The position numbers and the translations under genes were made by a program. The notes below the pieces were generated by a model, which was not told where the DNA came from, did not search any database, and saw only the letters and a list, made by a program, of their open reading frames with translations. A stretch of 55,266 nucleotides of DNA, counting the filler, from Sphacelaria rigidula (Eukaryota), in assembly GCA_964200075.2 (NCBI GenBank). It is 6 parts of 6 records of this genome, joined end to end, with 100 filler letters (N's around TTAATTAATTAA, not from the genome) between each part and the next. Parts side by side here need not be neighbours in the genome. Positions count along the whole stretch, not along the records: positions 36,914 to 46,040 come from CAXNAA020009237.1; positions 46,141 to 55,266 come from CAXNAA020009238.1; 4 more parts are not named here. One strand, 5' to 3'. Shown here piece after piece: positions 37,711 through 49,424 of this stretch (the stretch's first letter is position 1; every line of letters starts with the position of its first letter).

Positions 37711-40700
37711 TCAAACTAGAGAGAAACGATCGCGACAATTGGAGCGGCGGCGGGAGTGACCCCAAACGCCCACGGACGTCATCCTTCACATCAACGAGCA
37801 GCTCTGCTGTGAAGATCCCCAAGTCTAGGTCTCCACTAACGGTCGTCGGTGCAGGTCGTGGTAGAGGCGAGGGCCCAGATGACAACGGTCTAGATTCGCG
37901 CTCTGGAACTTCGCTCACCGGCAACAAGAGGTGAGAGGGGGTGGTATCTGGAGTATTTCTAAGTAGTTGTGAATTAGTGTACCGCTTGTGGAGAGAAGAA
38001 TGCGATGTTGGTGTGACGGTGATCGCGGGTGGGAGCTGAGAGGCAGTAGTCTAGGAATCATGTGCCGTGTCGTGCTGTGATGGTTACGTTGTGGGTGGCG
38101 AGAAGTGCACCGAGGGTGTTCTGTGACGAGGGTGACATATCTTACAATATGATACTGAATTGTGGCAACGATGGTCCTTGTGACCGATTTTTTTCATGTT
38201 GTTGTTGTCGTCGTTGTTGTATGAGTACAAGTGAGTTTGACCAAGAATCGCAACTGCCCCCTCCCTCCACCCCCTCTCTGCTCCGTCTCGAAAGGGATGC
38301 GTGGTCAACGGTCAAACGACTAAGGCAAGCAACAAATGAGTACGCCCCCCCTCCACCCCCTCTCTCCTCGCAAGTGGCGATAACAGAAAAAATGAAGCAA
38401 CTCATTCGAGGCTGCTATCCATACTTGCTATCCGTACGCAAGATAATTGGTACGCTTCAGGCCAAACAATCTTAGTAAGAGGCAGCTCACCCTTCATGTG
38501 ACTCGCCCAATGCATCACGGCGCCTCGCGCTGAGTGATTGGGAGCCTGGTCCGGGGAAAACCCGGCGTGCTCCATCCTTGCTTTGTAGGGATGCGAGGTC
38601 AATGATTTCAAAACTGCGTCATGCAAGGTCGTGAGTAACACCCCTCCTCAATACAACATCGACCACTTTCTCAACCCGTGATGGATGGATGGCCATTCAT
38701 TCGAGTACCGGAAAGCGAAAATCCGCCATTATTAATATCCAAGCATACCCTGAGCTTGTTGAAGAAAAATACTTCTTGTTGCCCACGTTGGCGCCTGACA
38801 TAACCGGGACTGTCACCGCGTCTAGTTATTCTTAACCGCAAGTAGCGGGGCACATGACATATCCATCTTCCCCATTTCACGATGAGGGGCAGGTACTGTA
38901 CGAAACAAGTGGAGTGAACGTAGGAGGGTTTTCGTCCCGTGAGTATCTGGGGAAGGCGGATTGGTGTAAGTAATTTTAGATGGAGAGATTTTGCTGGGAG
39001 GAGGTGCTGGCCAGTTTTGTCCAAGAGAAAAAAGTAGAAAGAAGCTTTCAACACGTGGTCGTTTTAGCTTTGCTCTCCGCGTCATGTTTACAAAGGTACA
39101 AGGAAGGCTGATGTACGGTATACAAGATAAATCGTGGCGTCTACCTCGAGGCCTGCGATCCATTGCTGTATGTATTAGCCATCGCGCACAAAACGTTGCA
39201 CAGGAAAATGGTATCCTTCTTCCTCCCATCGCGCCCCTGTCTATTTTATTTTATAACCTGGTGGACACTCCTGGGCAAGTCATGACATGGACACGGCAAG
39301 TACGGCGTTAGCATGTACCGTAATGTAGTACCCGCAAACGTCGCCCAACATCCCCCCTCCTGGCCAGTTTCCAAATCTTACCGAAACCGTTCCTCTCTGT
39401 CCCCCCTCAACGAATTCAGGCGATTGGAAAATGACCAGGGTATGCAGGGGTCAAGCATGGAAACTGACAAAGATCGGGGAGCGGACAAGGATGATGACAC
39501 TGAAGGTAAGTTTCGGAAACAGAGTGGGATCTCTTGTCGGCGTGCTTCTCACGTGTTTCATTCGTCTCATCTTCGTTTTCGTCTACCCGTCTCTTCTGTG
39601 GAGAGCATGAAAAAGGAGACTCTCCGAACATCAAGAGGCCTATATGCGGAACGCGGGGAGATTTTCACCATCCCGCTTGTATTGAAGAATACATATATTT
39701 TATGTTATATCTTTATTTATATTATAATAAATATATATATATGAATTAATTAATTATTGTTTGGGGATGGGATGGTTGGTTGTATTTTATTTTTTGGACA
39801 AAGGGAGGACAATTATATATTGCGCGTTACTGTTGAGTTTGCAACATTCTGTTTCTGTCTCTCAACCGCTCATTTTGAGAGTTATCCGCTCTGAGCAGTT
39901 GTCCCGCATCAGTTGGTTACTGGCGCACAAAATACCGGGACTTTGTAGTACTGATAACCACGTCGCTTTTTGAAAAGGAAACACAATTCGCATGATTTGC
40001 CTGACAAATAAACCACGAGGACGTCGGTGTGCGTATTATAATTGTTCACATGCTCCCCATCTCCCACCACGGATCTAAATCTATCCGCCCCCTCCGTGAC
40101 CGCAACTCAGCAGCCGGCGCAGCCACCAACCGTAACCACCAGCGGAGAATGTCAGGCAGCAGCAGCGGCGGCGCTGGGGGAGGAATACCGTCCCCCTCCG
40201 GCCCTTCGTCGGGAACACTGCCTCGGACCTCATCAGGTTCAGTCACCGCCAGTGCTCCAGCCGGAGCAGCGGCTGCTACTGCCGCTTCTCCATCGATCGG
40301 GGGTACGAGGAGCGGGGGTGGTAGCCCCGGCGGCGGTAGTAATCAAGGCAGTGGCCGGAGCAACGAAGGAGTGAGGAACACCGTAGGGGGCATGTCTGCC
40401 CTCCGTTCTCAGACAGACATAACGCACCATCATTACTCCCACATGCGTGATCCCGCGACGGACGGCGTGATTCACCAGCGCGCGCCTTTGAAATCCTCCG
40501 TCACTGCCGGCAACCCCACGGCGTCCGCAGCCCCTGGGTCTGTTGGGACCGCTCATGCTTCCGTCGTACGCCATGAGCAGCAGCAGCAGCATCCCAACAA
40601 CTCTCCATCCCATCACCCCAACCTCCACCAGCAGAGTCAGATGCTCGGGCGTCCAAGAGGCGGAGGCGGTGGCGGGGGTGGGGGGCATCTGGGAGACGGA

Positions 40701-43235
40701 ATGGTGAGCGATGGTTCTCATACGGGGATGGCATACCCGACTCCTGGACGTGGGCCTCCGGTGATGATGATGGGAGCGGCCGCAGCCGGGGCTTCGCAAG
40801 GTATGTATCGGCCATACGTGGGTGCGGGTGTGGGGGCGGGCGCATACGAGCTCGAATGCTTTTTTGGGTCGAGCGCGTGTGGTTGAGTGAAGTGGAGTGG
40901 AGTGGAGTGAGTGTGGTGAGGTTGGTTAACCGGCGTTTGGCTGCGTTATATCCATAGTCGATGCATTTCACCACCATCGCTGACCCCAAGCCGGAGCCTA
41001 ATCCCGACCCGAGGCATACCGAGTATCCTCTGGCTGACAAAGGAGGTGTACAAGGTTACCTAGGCGAAGTGTGGCGTTGGTGGACCGCAAATCGTCGACT
41101 GTGGCGCCGATATGGACGAAAACAGCTTCTGCGCACGCTGGGAGCACACGGGGCTGTCGAATCCCACTAAAGATCCTAATCTCGTTCTCAACACTTGAAT
41201 ATAGTAATATCAATCATAGGGTAGATTGTAGCTAACTCCGGTTAACTGTACGGGGTGTGCAGTGCAGCGACACGTTTCCTTTTTTTCATATTCGTTTTTT
41301 TTGTTTCTCCTTGGTAGGGTCGGGTCATGTGAAGCGCGTGTCGCTTGTATATGTGCGTTGATTGTATGGTATTGTATTGTACATGATTGCGTTGCATTGC
41401 GTTATGCTGCGTTGTATTGGTCGCAGCACATGATGTGATATTTGCTGCGCATTCAGCCCTGATGACACGATACACGAGCGCGAGTGTTCGGGTCGTTCGA
41501 CGAGTGTAGAGTGCAACGCAAATTGCTTTTGCTTTCGTTCCCTCTTTCTACTGTACAGCGAAGGACGAGTTGGTTCTCGTTCTAGGCTTGCTGATGCCCC
41601 CTGCCCATATATCCCCATTCACCCCCAAGTATTATAGTCTCAAAATAACCCCCCCCGCCCTCGTGCCCGACCTCCTCCATATCATTCACCGGCGTTCTAT
41701 GCGCACTACAGTCCCAGTGGGACCCCCCCCGGCGCAGCACAGGGCCATGACAGGTCCACCTACCGTGTCCGGCGGTATGACTATCCCTCCCCCAGGGGCG
41801 AACTCGTACCCGGGGGGAGCGGGGGATGGTTCATGGTCGTCTCACGCTGGGCCCGCTTCGTCTGCGCAGCCGGATGTCTGGCAGCAACAGCAGCAGGTAC
41901 TTTTTTTTATTCCCCATCCGCGATCGAGAGATAAAAGGTTCCCGGACAAGAACACGTAAAGAAACGTCACTGCTCTGACCGGGGGATGGGAGGTACTCAT
42001 TTGTTGCTTGTCTTGATCGTTTGGCCATTGACCACGCATCCCCTTCGAGACGGAGCACTGGCCAGGGGGGGGAGGGGGGATTGCGGATGTTGCCCCCCCT
42101 CTCTACAAAAAAAAAAAACCAACTCGTAGACCGCGAGGGTAGTCCATCTGGATCATGGATAGTTTTTTCAAGTGAAATCGATGGAGATGCAACGGATGAC
42201 CTACTCTCGCTGTCCAACGGCCGAACCATGAAAGTTCGGACGAGAACAAGGTTATAGGAAATCCGTGACCGTCATAAACATCACCGTAGAGTCGTTTGTG
42301 AAATTTGTTTAAATATTTTTCAAGTTTCTTTTCCCTGCTGTATCTGTCTGCTGTGATACCCCCCCCCCGTTCGGCATTTAACAGCCCGGCGTGCTCCGTC
42401 CCGGCTTTGTAGGGATGCACGGTCAATGGTCGTATGACTATTGCATCCATAGTCATGAGTACACCCCTCGGCATCTAACGCATATCTTCAGCAACATATT
42501 TTGTCGTGCGTACCGTTTCGATACGTCGAGCTATTAGTAGGGACGGTTCGTGGGACAACCTATACATATATCCATGTATAGAATGGGATAGAGTGGGAGA
42601 TTTGATTTGATGACTTGCACCCGAAGAAATGAAAGGGTTTTAGTCGCGGTTGAAAGTAGAGCGGAAGCACTTGCTGAAAGGAACTCGAGACGGGGGAGAT
42701 TTTGTGATGGGAAGAAATATGAAACAAACGGAATCAAGTACAAACGAAGGAAACCAAGACTTGACAGAGGCAAAGAAGATGAAAAAAACGGGGAAGGAGA
42801 AGAAATAAAAGGGGGAGAGCAATTATTGATGGGATATAAAGGGGCCAGCCCGTGCCTACATTTCTACATGTGATTTTTATGTGTGCGATTGGGACATTCG
42901 AAGCTAGAGCGAAAGTGATAGCTGTGCTTTCATCACCCCCCCCCCCCGCTCCCACCCCCGCGCGCCCCTCCTTTCCCCTGTGAAACTTGACTACTTGCAC
43001 GGACGGCAACGATAACGACATTGACAGCGCGCAGCGGCTGCCGGCCCAACTTTCGAGCAGTCTCAGGCGCCGCCGCGCGAAGGAAATGGAGTCGTGAGAA
43101 GTTGGTCGCACATGAGCGTGGAAAGAGGGGTCGCTAAGGGTGTTGCGCCTACCGCTGGGATCGGTGCTGGGGGTGGGGCTCCGGTGCCTGCGAGGTAGGA
43201 ATTGTATTAATGCTCGTGCTCGCGCGCGTGTGCGT

Positions 43236-43274
<39 letters not shown>

Positions 43275-44506
43275 GTAAACACATTCGCAACGTTCGTGTG
43301 TCGACGAATTTCCGGTCCTCTACGTAAGATGCACGAGGATGAGGTGATTTGAGGTATCGTGGGCATTGGGAGACCGGCCACCTGCTCGAGGCGTTCCTGG
43401 GGCTCCGAAATTTCGAAATATTGGTTTCCTAGGCAACGTCTACGAGAACTAAATCTCATCACGCCCAATAACTTTTCTTGCTATACTAGGTAGCTGTCGG
43501 GCCCTTGCAGCAAAACAACTCACGCTCTATATCTGGTGCGCCATTAAACTGCGCGTTTGTCTGAAGATTCACCTCCGTAGTTCTTCGGCTGCTCGCAACA
43601 TGTCTCAGCAAAATCGTCCGAGTTCATTTACCCATGCCTGCCCGAGCAGGGGGGCGAAAGAAGAAATAAGAAAGCAGAAAAAGCACATACGAGGGATGTA
43701 TGTTTTCAAGGGTGGGAATAATCATCGCTGCCTGTAATAATTAAATCTACGACTTCTTAGGCCTGACTGACCTCGGGGGGGCGTACCCATTTGTTGCTTG
43801 CCTTAGTCGTTTGATCATTGACCACGCATCCCTTTCGAGACGGAGCGCTGACCTCGGGGGGGGGGGGGGAGAGAACTTTTGTTTTTCCTCGTCTTGATAG
43901 TTGAACCAACGGCCTCTATGGTTTTCATAGGTGATCTCGGCGTCCTTCCCGCGTGGAGTATGACTGTAGGGGTAAGGGTGCTTTAGGACACTCGAACGCT
44001 TCAAGAAGGATGGTTTTGAGGCTCCCAGCAGCCCCTATGATCGTAGCAAGGCAGCCGGGGGACTCGAGGGGCGTTGTGTTGCGGAAATACCAATGAAAAT
44101 GCCCTATAGTTCAAGACACGATAGTTTGGCGTGTCAAGATGTCAGCTTCTCGTACAAGCTCTCAAACATGACTTCCATCAGCCCGCCCCCCGCCCCCCCT
44201 CTCCCCGTTTGTTTGGAATCGTTTTGACGTGAGATGTGCAGATATACCATGTGGAGAGGTGGAGGTGGTTCCGAAGCCGATCTACCGTCTTCCCCTGAAG
44301 TTGACAGAGCGGGACGTAACAACTACAGGGAGCGAAGTCACTCAGGTGAATGAGTACGTTTTTTTGTTTTTGTTTCTTGTTGTCTATGTTGTCGGGAGAG
44401 TATTTTTCACAACCCACCGTGCGAGTAATATACCGATATACATTCAGTACGGCCGTTGCCGCGTCAGAGAAACCCTTGACTGTGAGACAGTTTCTACGAT
44501 AGCCCC

Positions 44507-44537
<31 letters not shown>

Positions 44538-45859
44538 AGAAACGAAGGGAGGAAAAAAGAAAACAGCAGAGAAAAAAGAAGGACAGAAANNNNNNNNNNA
44601 AAAAATACACTACTCAACCCCCCGCGCGCCCCAGCAACAACCCTCTTGTTTGGAAATTATTTCACCACTCCCCCCCCCCCCCCCCCCCCCCGAAGAAAAA
44701 TAATGTACACGTGAATCGAAAAGAAGGAAGCCGAGCACAAAGAGCAGCTGGAAAATCCCACGCTTGGGTTCGTTCTCACCAATGTCGCCCAAATGTGGCG
44801 CTTCATGAGGCCTGAAACCAAACATCAGGTGCTGTATGACCATTTTATGCGCGTGACAGTTTCAGTTTTTTGGGGGAGGCGGGGGAAGGAGGAGGGGGGC
44901 TATCGTAAAACGTGTTGTGAACGTACTTTGGCGCCTCAAGAACGTGTTTTGTTTGGAAACAGTTTTGGTGAACGTGTAGCGTGGCGGGGGGAAAAAATGC
45001 ACCTATTTGAATTAAAGGCACTGGCCAGATATACGGATTTCGTGTCTGAATGACAGTGGAAATAGTTGGTTTGCGAAAATATGCAGGAAAAGTGCTGAGA
45101 AAAATGAAGCGGCTTTTTTGTGGGGGAGCTGTAATTCAAAGTTCTGATGTACCTTACAACAAGGACGCAGCAAACGGGTCTTACAAATATACATATATAT
45201 ATATATATATATTTGTTCAGTTTCTTTTACCCAAATAAAAATTGAAGATAAATGTTGACGAGAATGAAAGATTAAAAAAAACAAAATGAAGAAGAGATGT
45301 CCATGTTGTGTTTCGTGTTAGTTTTTGTTGTTTAGAGAGCAGTTTGATCCATCCTACCGCTCCTTTTACTTACACGCTGCTCCCTCATCTTTTCATGTCT
45401 GATGACACAGGCGACGACTACGGCCCACGTGCTGCACCCCCCCCAGTTCATCACTCGATCGTGAAGAGGGACCAAACTTCCGCTTCTGCAGTGCTAACCG
45501 CTGGCCTGGGCGCACGCGAATTAGACGGTTCTGCAGGCGCGGGAGGGGGAGAGACAGCAAGCCGAGGATCTGGTCGTCCCCCCAGCGGCGGTTCCTCTGG
45601 GCGTGGCAGGTGTGGAGTAACTAGCGCTTCATAATAAAAAAGGAGCAGCTTCTGGGCAGGTCATGAGTGACCTGAACATTACGTGTTGATGGTGTTTTCG
45701 GTTTGGATAATCAGCTAGCTCGTTTAACCCCCTTTTGTTTTCACCATATTTGCTTCCTACAGCCATGGACACGGAGCGAGCGAAGTAGTGCAAAGGTGGG
45801 GGTTTGGCTCCTCGGACTCTGCTGTCACGTACTTCGTGTTTTCAGGACAAGAGATATGA
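37711..45859 (+). CDS. Partial multi-exon gene for a low-complexity, probably disordered Gly/Ser/Pro/Gln/His-rich protein (5' end missing, 3' end uncertain)
   Basis: Phase-compatible AG/GT exons: 37711-37930, 39420-39505, 40111-40800, 41712-41896, 43028-43194, 44242-44345, 45411-45609 and 45763-45859 (TGA; an alternative donor near 45797 is possible). They give one continuous frame (..KLERNDRDNWSGGGSDPKRPR..RRLENDQG..HQRRMSGSSSGG..HEQQQQHPNN..PVGPPPAQH..). No domain recognised. Confidence 0.8.
38278..38352 (+). repeat. Dispersed short repeat family A; copies at about 18212-18275(-), 41990-42060(-), 43778-43850(-) and 45995-46040(+)
   Basis: ctccgtctcgaaagggatgcgtggtcaa.ggtcaaacgactaaggcaagcaacaaatgagtacgccccc recurs, usually next to poly-C or poly-G. 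Confidence 0.8.
38500..38645 (+). repeat. Dispersed repeat family B; copies at about 7745-7900(+), 37030-37180(-) and 42375-42470(+)
   Basis: gcgct..gtgattg..agcctggtccgg.gaaaacccgg.gtgct....ttgtagggat.cgagg.caatg...catgagtacacccc. Confidence 0.75.
43228..43273 (+). repeat. (GT)n/(GCGT)n microsatellite
   Basis: Read directly from the sequence. Confidence 0.85.
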
Positions 45860-46040
45860 TGATCCTCTTCGGTTAGTTACGTTCGGTAGATCGTGAGCTC
45901 TTCGACGCTTGAAGAGGAGCAATGCGTTGTCCCGAGGTCAATCGTCTGATTGACTATGGCATGCACAATCATGAGTGCCCCCCCCTCCCCCCAGTGCTCC
46001 GTCTCGAAAGGGATGCGTGGTCAATGGTCAAATGACTAAG

Positions 46041-46140
46041 NNNNNNNNNNNNNNNNNNNNNNNNNNNNNNNNNNNNNNNNNNNNTTAATTAATTAANNNN
46101 NNNNNNNNNNNNNNNNNNNNNNNNNNNNNNNNNNNNNNNN
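46041..46140. other. Artificial 100-bp contig linker
   Basis: Identical structure to 9130-9229. Confidence 0.97.
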
Positions 46141-46253
46141 TACGAAGATTTTAATCCTCCGGGTTCTCATCCTCAATCAAAAGCACCATCCTCAACATAG
46201 ATGATTGGCTGTTTGCAGCTGTTTCTCCCAAAGGGGATTATCCCTCTCAAAAA

Positions 46254-46988
46254 GGCCGTGCCTTAGGGCCTGTCTTAGGGCCTGTCTTGGCACTTTTTTT
46301 TCGATCGAAAAAGTGCGGTGGAAAACAGAAGGTCCTGATCTGATAGGTCATGATTTCAATCATCTTCATAATCAACGACGATGGTTGAAATCACGAATTA
46401 TCAGATCGGGATTTTTGCTTCCCACCGCACCTTTTCGATCGAAAAAAAGTGCTAAGACTCTCCCTCAGCACACAAGTTTTCGGTCGAAAAAGTACAGTGG
46501 AAAACAAGAGTCCTCATCTGATAGGTCATGATTTCAACCATCTTCATAATCAACGACGATGGTTGAAATCATGACCTATGAGATAGATCGGGATTTTTGC
46601 TTCCCACCGCACATTTTCGATCGAAACTCATGTGCAAAGGCACTGTCTTAGCACATCGTTTTCCATCGAAAAAGTGCGGTGGAAAACAAAAATCTTGATC
46701 TGATAAGTAGTAATTTGAACCATCGTGGTTTATTTTGAAGATGCTTGAAATCCTGACTTATCAGATCAGGACTTTTGCTTTCCATCGCACTTTTTCGATC
46801 GAAAACCCATGTATGTGCTAAGACAGGCCCTAAGACAGAGCCTTATCGGGACGAAAACAAAGTGAAAAAAGGAAAAGTCGTCGAGAAAAGCAGCAGCATG
46901 TTGCTTGATTGACGCAACCATATACACCCGACGCGCGTTCCTGTTCCCGCTTCTTATACTAATATTGCGGTCTCGATAAGACACGGCC
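46254..46988. mobile_element. Nested PIF/Harbinger-like MITEs; the inner element (46266-46842) carries three tandem palindromic units
   Basis: The outer TIR GGCCGTGCCTTA^TCGGGAC / GTCTCGATAAGACACGGCC is split by an insertion flanked by TTA (46263-65 and 46843-45). Inner TIRs are GGGCCTGTCTTAG / CTAAGACAG. Three self-complementary units of about 175-185 bp lie inside. Confidence 0.8.
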
Positions 46989-47131
46989 TTTGAGGACCAC
47001 CCTCAACGGATCAGGGTGAACAAGGGTGCATGAGCAGTCACAACCATGTGCAAATTAAAGGCTCTTTTTTAGAAAAAATACCTCGTCGCGCGTTCTATGG
47101 AGTACTCTCACAAATTTGTATTCCAAAATTA

Positions 47132-47493
47132 CACACGCGGCCATTTGGCTACCCCCCAAAGTGCCTCCGGAGCGATGCGCGGCCCTCCTCCAGAGGCAAA
47201 ACAAGCCGCTGGAGACCTGCAATCCCTCTGAAGGAAATCAAGCACTTCCGACCTGGAGCGCCGCACACCCCTCCGGAGGAATTTGGGGGTGGCAAAATGC
47301 CTTCGGAGGGATGCGTGGCCCTCCACAGAGAGAGACCAAAACCATCCTCCGGGGGCCTTTAATCCCTCTGGAGGAAACCAAAAAATCTCCTCTGGAGGGC
47401 CGCTCACCCATCCGGAGGCGTTTGATTCTTCTGAAAGCTCGAAAAAGTGACCGATCTGGAGAAATTTTGGGGGTAGCCAAATGGCCGCGTGTA
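47132..47493. mobile_element. Tc1/mariner-like MITE
   Basis: TIRs cacgcggccatttggctaccccc / gggggtagccaaatggccgcgtg, TA flanks, and internal cctccggagg subrepeats. Confidence 0.8.
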
Positions 47494-47550
47494 TATATAT
47501 GATCACTGTTACAGTAGTGAGATTGATTTCAGGGGCGTCGGGAATCATTA

Positions 47551-47694
47551 CCCCTTTTGGGACCGAACTCCCCAAAACATACATGCTATTTACGCGCAGC
47601 GGCTTTTTTTGTGAATCGGCATATTTTCAGTCATTTTCAAGTCAAAATGATACCGAGTCACAAAAACAAAAATCGTGAGTGGGTTCCCAAAGGG
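47551..47694. mobile_element. Second piggyBac-like MITE
   Basis: tta-ccccttttgggacc ... ggttcccaaaggg-ttaa termini. Confidence 0.55.
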
Positions 47695-48004
47695 TTAATT
47701 GAGCATCAGCCCTCAACGAGTACGCCACAAGGAAGGGAAAAAACCCGTCAACCGTTAGACGGCGAGAGTAGGCCATCTGTTGTGTCGGCATCAATTTCAC
47801 TTTAAAGTGTATCCATCCAGATGGACTATACCCTCCTCGCGGTCTGTAAGGGTTAACCGCCAGAAGTATTCTCATCGTTCGGTACGTTCTTATTTTTTCT
47901 GTCTGACGGGGTCTTATCGCCGACGATGCCAAATACAAGTGAGCACATCTACCTATAATACGAAAAAAATTAATGAAAGTGGCGATGCCGGATGTGCATC
48001 ATCT

Positions 48005-48192
48005 TGTGTGTGTTTGTGTGTTGTCCCTTTTATTCTGGGCGCCAGTCTACCCCTTTCGGGATATGTGGGCGCATCAGCCGGGGTCACGCAGTAGTAGGAA
48101 GGTCAGCACAGGAGCTTTTTCATTTTCATCTGTTTTTAGTACTCCATCTTCCTTCTGCGGTGCTTGCCTTTATTTTTTATCGCGAGAGGGGT
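48005..48192 (-). mobile_element. SINE body and tail copy
   Basis: Matches 3220-3400 and 36633-36800. Confidence 0.7.
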
Positions 48193-48963
48193 CCATCGTG
48201 GGGCTCGTAAATACTTATATTCCATCATCCGAGAATAAATCGGGCTCTCGTCGGACAGCAAATAATAATGCAGGAAGGGCCTCTCGGCGGTGCGCTATTA
48301 TAGCAGCCTGCTTGCAATATCCGACGAACGGGCACTTGCCTACATACAGTATTCCCGGTCAGCTACTGTACTGGTTTAGAAGACGACACGCGACACAATA
48401 TACCCTGGTTTCGTGTACTATATCCTTCATTCGACATTTCAAAACATGCATGCAACCAGTGTGCGGATCTCCAACAGCCTCATTACCCCAGACGCCTCCC
48501 TATCCTTGCACAAGTCCTTGTTTGCCGGGTGCCGATCTTCAACGCTGGCCTCTCGCAATGTTTTACAATAATAATAATGAACGCACCTTCTTCACCCTAG
48601 CTAATAAGGGATACACACTCAACGGATGACCCACCCATACATCACCGTCAAAGCCACTGGGAAAATCTTGGGGACTTCCGGCCCGTTGCTCTCTCCGTCT
48701 GGACGCCGTTTGTGCGCTTTTCACTAATTAGTCGACCGTTCAGGGGTATATGCCTGAAGAATGAGGCGTTTGCGAGAAAACGTATGTATCGTCCTGTACC
48801 ATCTCATCATGTACGGTCAACGATATACGTCAATGCTGGATCCAATTTTGTTTTGCTCACGACAAGGATAAATAGGATTATGTTCAGGCGGCAAACTGTT
48901 GACTTGCAGTAACAACAACAACAGTAGTAGTGACATTGTTCAGCCATATCTATGCAACATTAA

Positions 48964-49061
48964 CCCTTATACCGCGAGGTTAGTCTTCTGTTGAATCGGC
49001 ATCAATTTCAAGTGAAAAAAAGTGTGCATGATCCAGAAAGACTTATCTCGCGGTCTAAGGG
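48964..49061. mobile_element. 98-bp piggyBac-like MITE, same family as 3924-4021 in opposite orientation
   Basis: TTAA|CCCTtataccgcgag...ctcgcggtctaAGGG|TTAG. Related copies at about 21885-21983, 23549-23600, 42121-42225, 47752-47852 and 55025-55100. Confidence 0.75.
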
Positions 49062-49424
49062 TTAGGATGTATACGAGATAGTATTTTGTTTCACCCGGAC
49101 CCGCCAGGAAGTCTTTTCCAATCTCGGATATCCCCGACGTCGAAGAAACAGTCGACGGTTGATCGGGCTGATTTCGGTTCAACTACTTTCCGTAGCTTGG
49201 TCGGCAACGCGGGACATCAGTTCCCCCAGCAAAAACCGCCCCGGCAAACACTGCAACACCTGCCGCCCGGCATCCTCAACGACGTCCATCCCACATCCCC
49301 CTCACAAGCACACAACAGCTACTACTGCTGTGTGACCCACAAACCAGCTACCGCTACACCAACGAGAACGATCAATAGCGAAGACCTCACCGTGGGGACA
49401 AGACAGTTTAGCAAAAGCAGCATC

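Noticed and set aside
42734..43468. 244-aa minus-strand ORF
   Set aside because: It is antisense to a real exon and runs through a microsatellite.
47973..48629. 218-aa plus-strand ORF
   Set aside because: It starts within a SINE copy and has no protein-like features.
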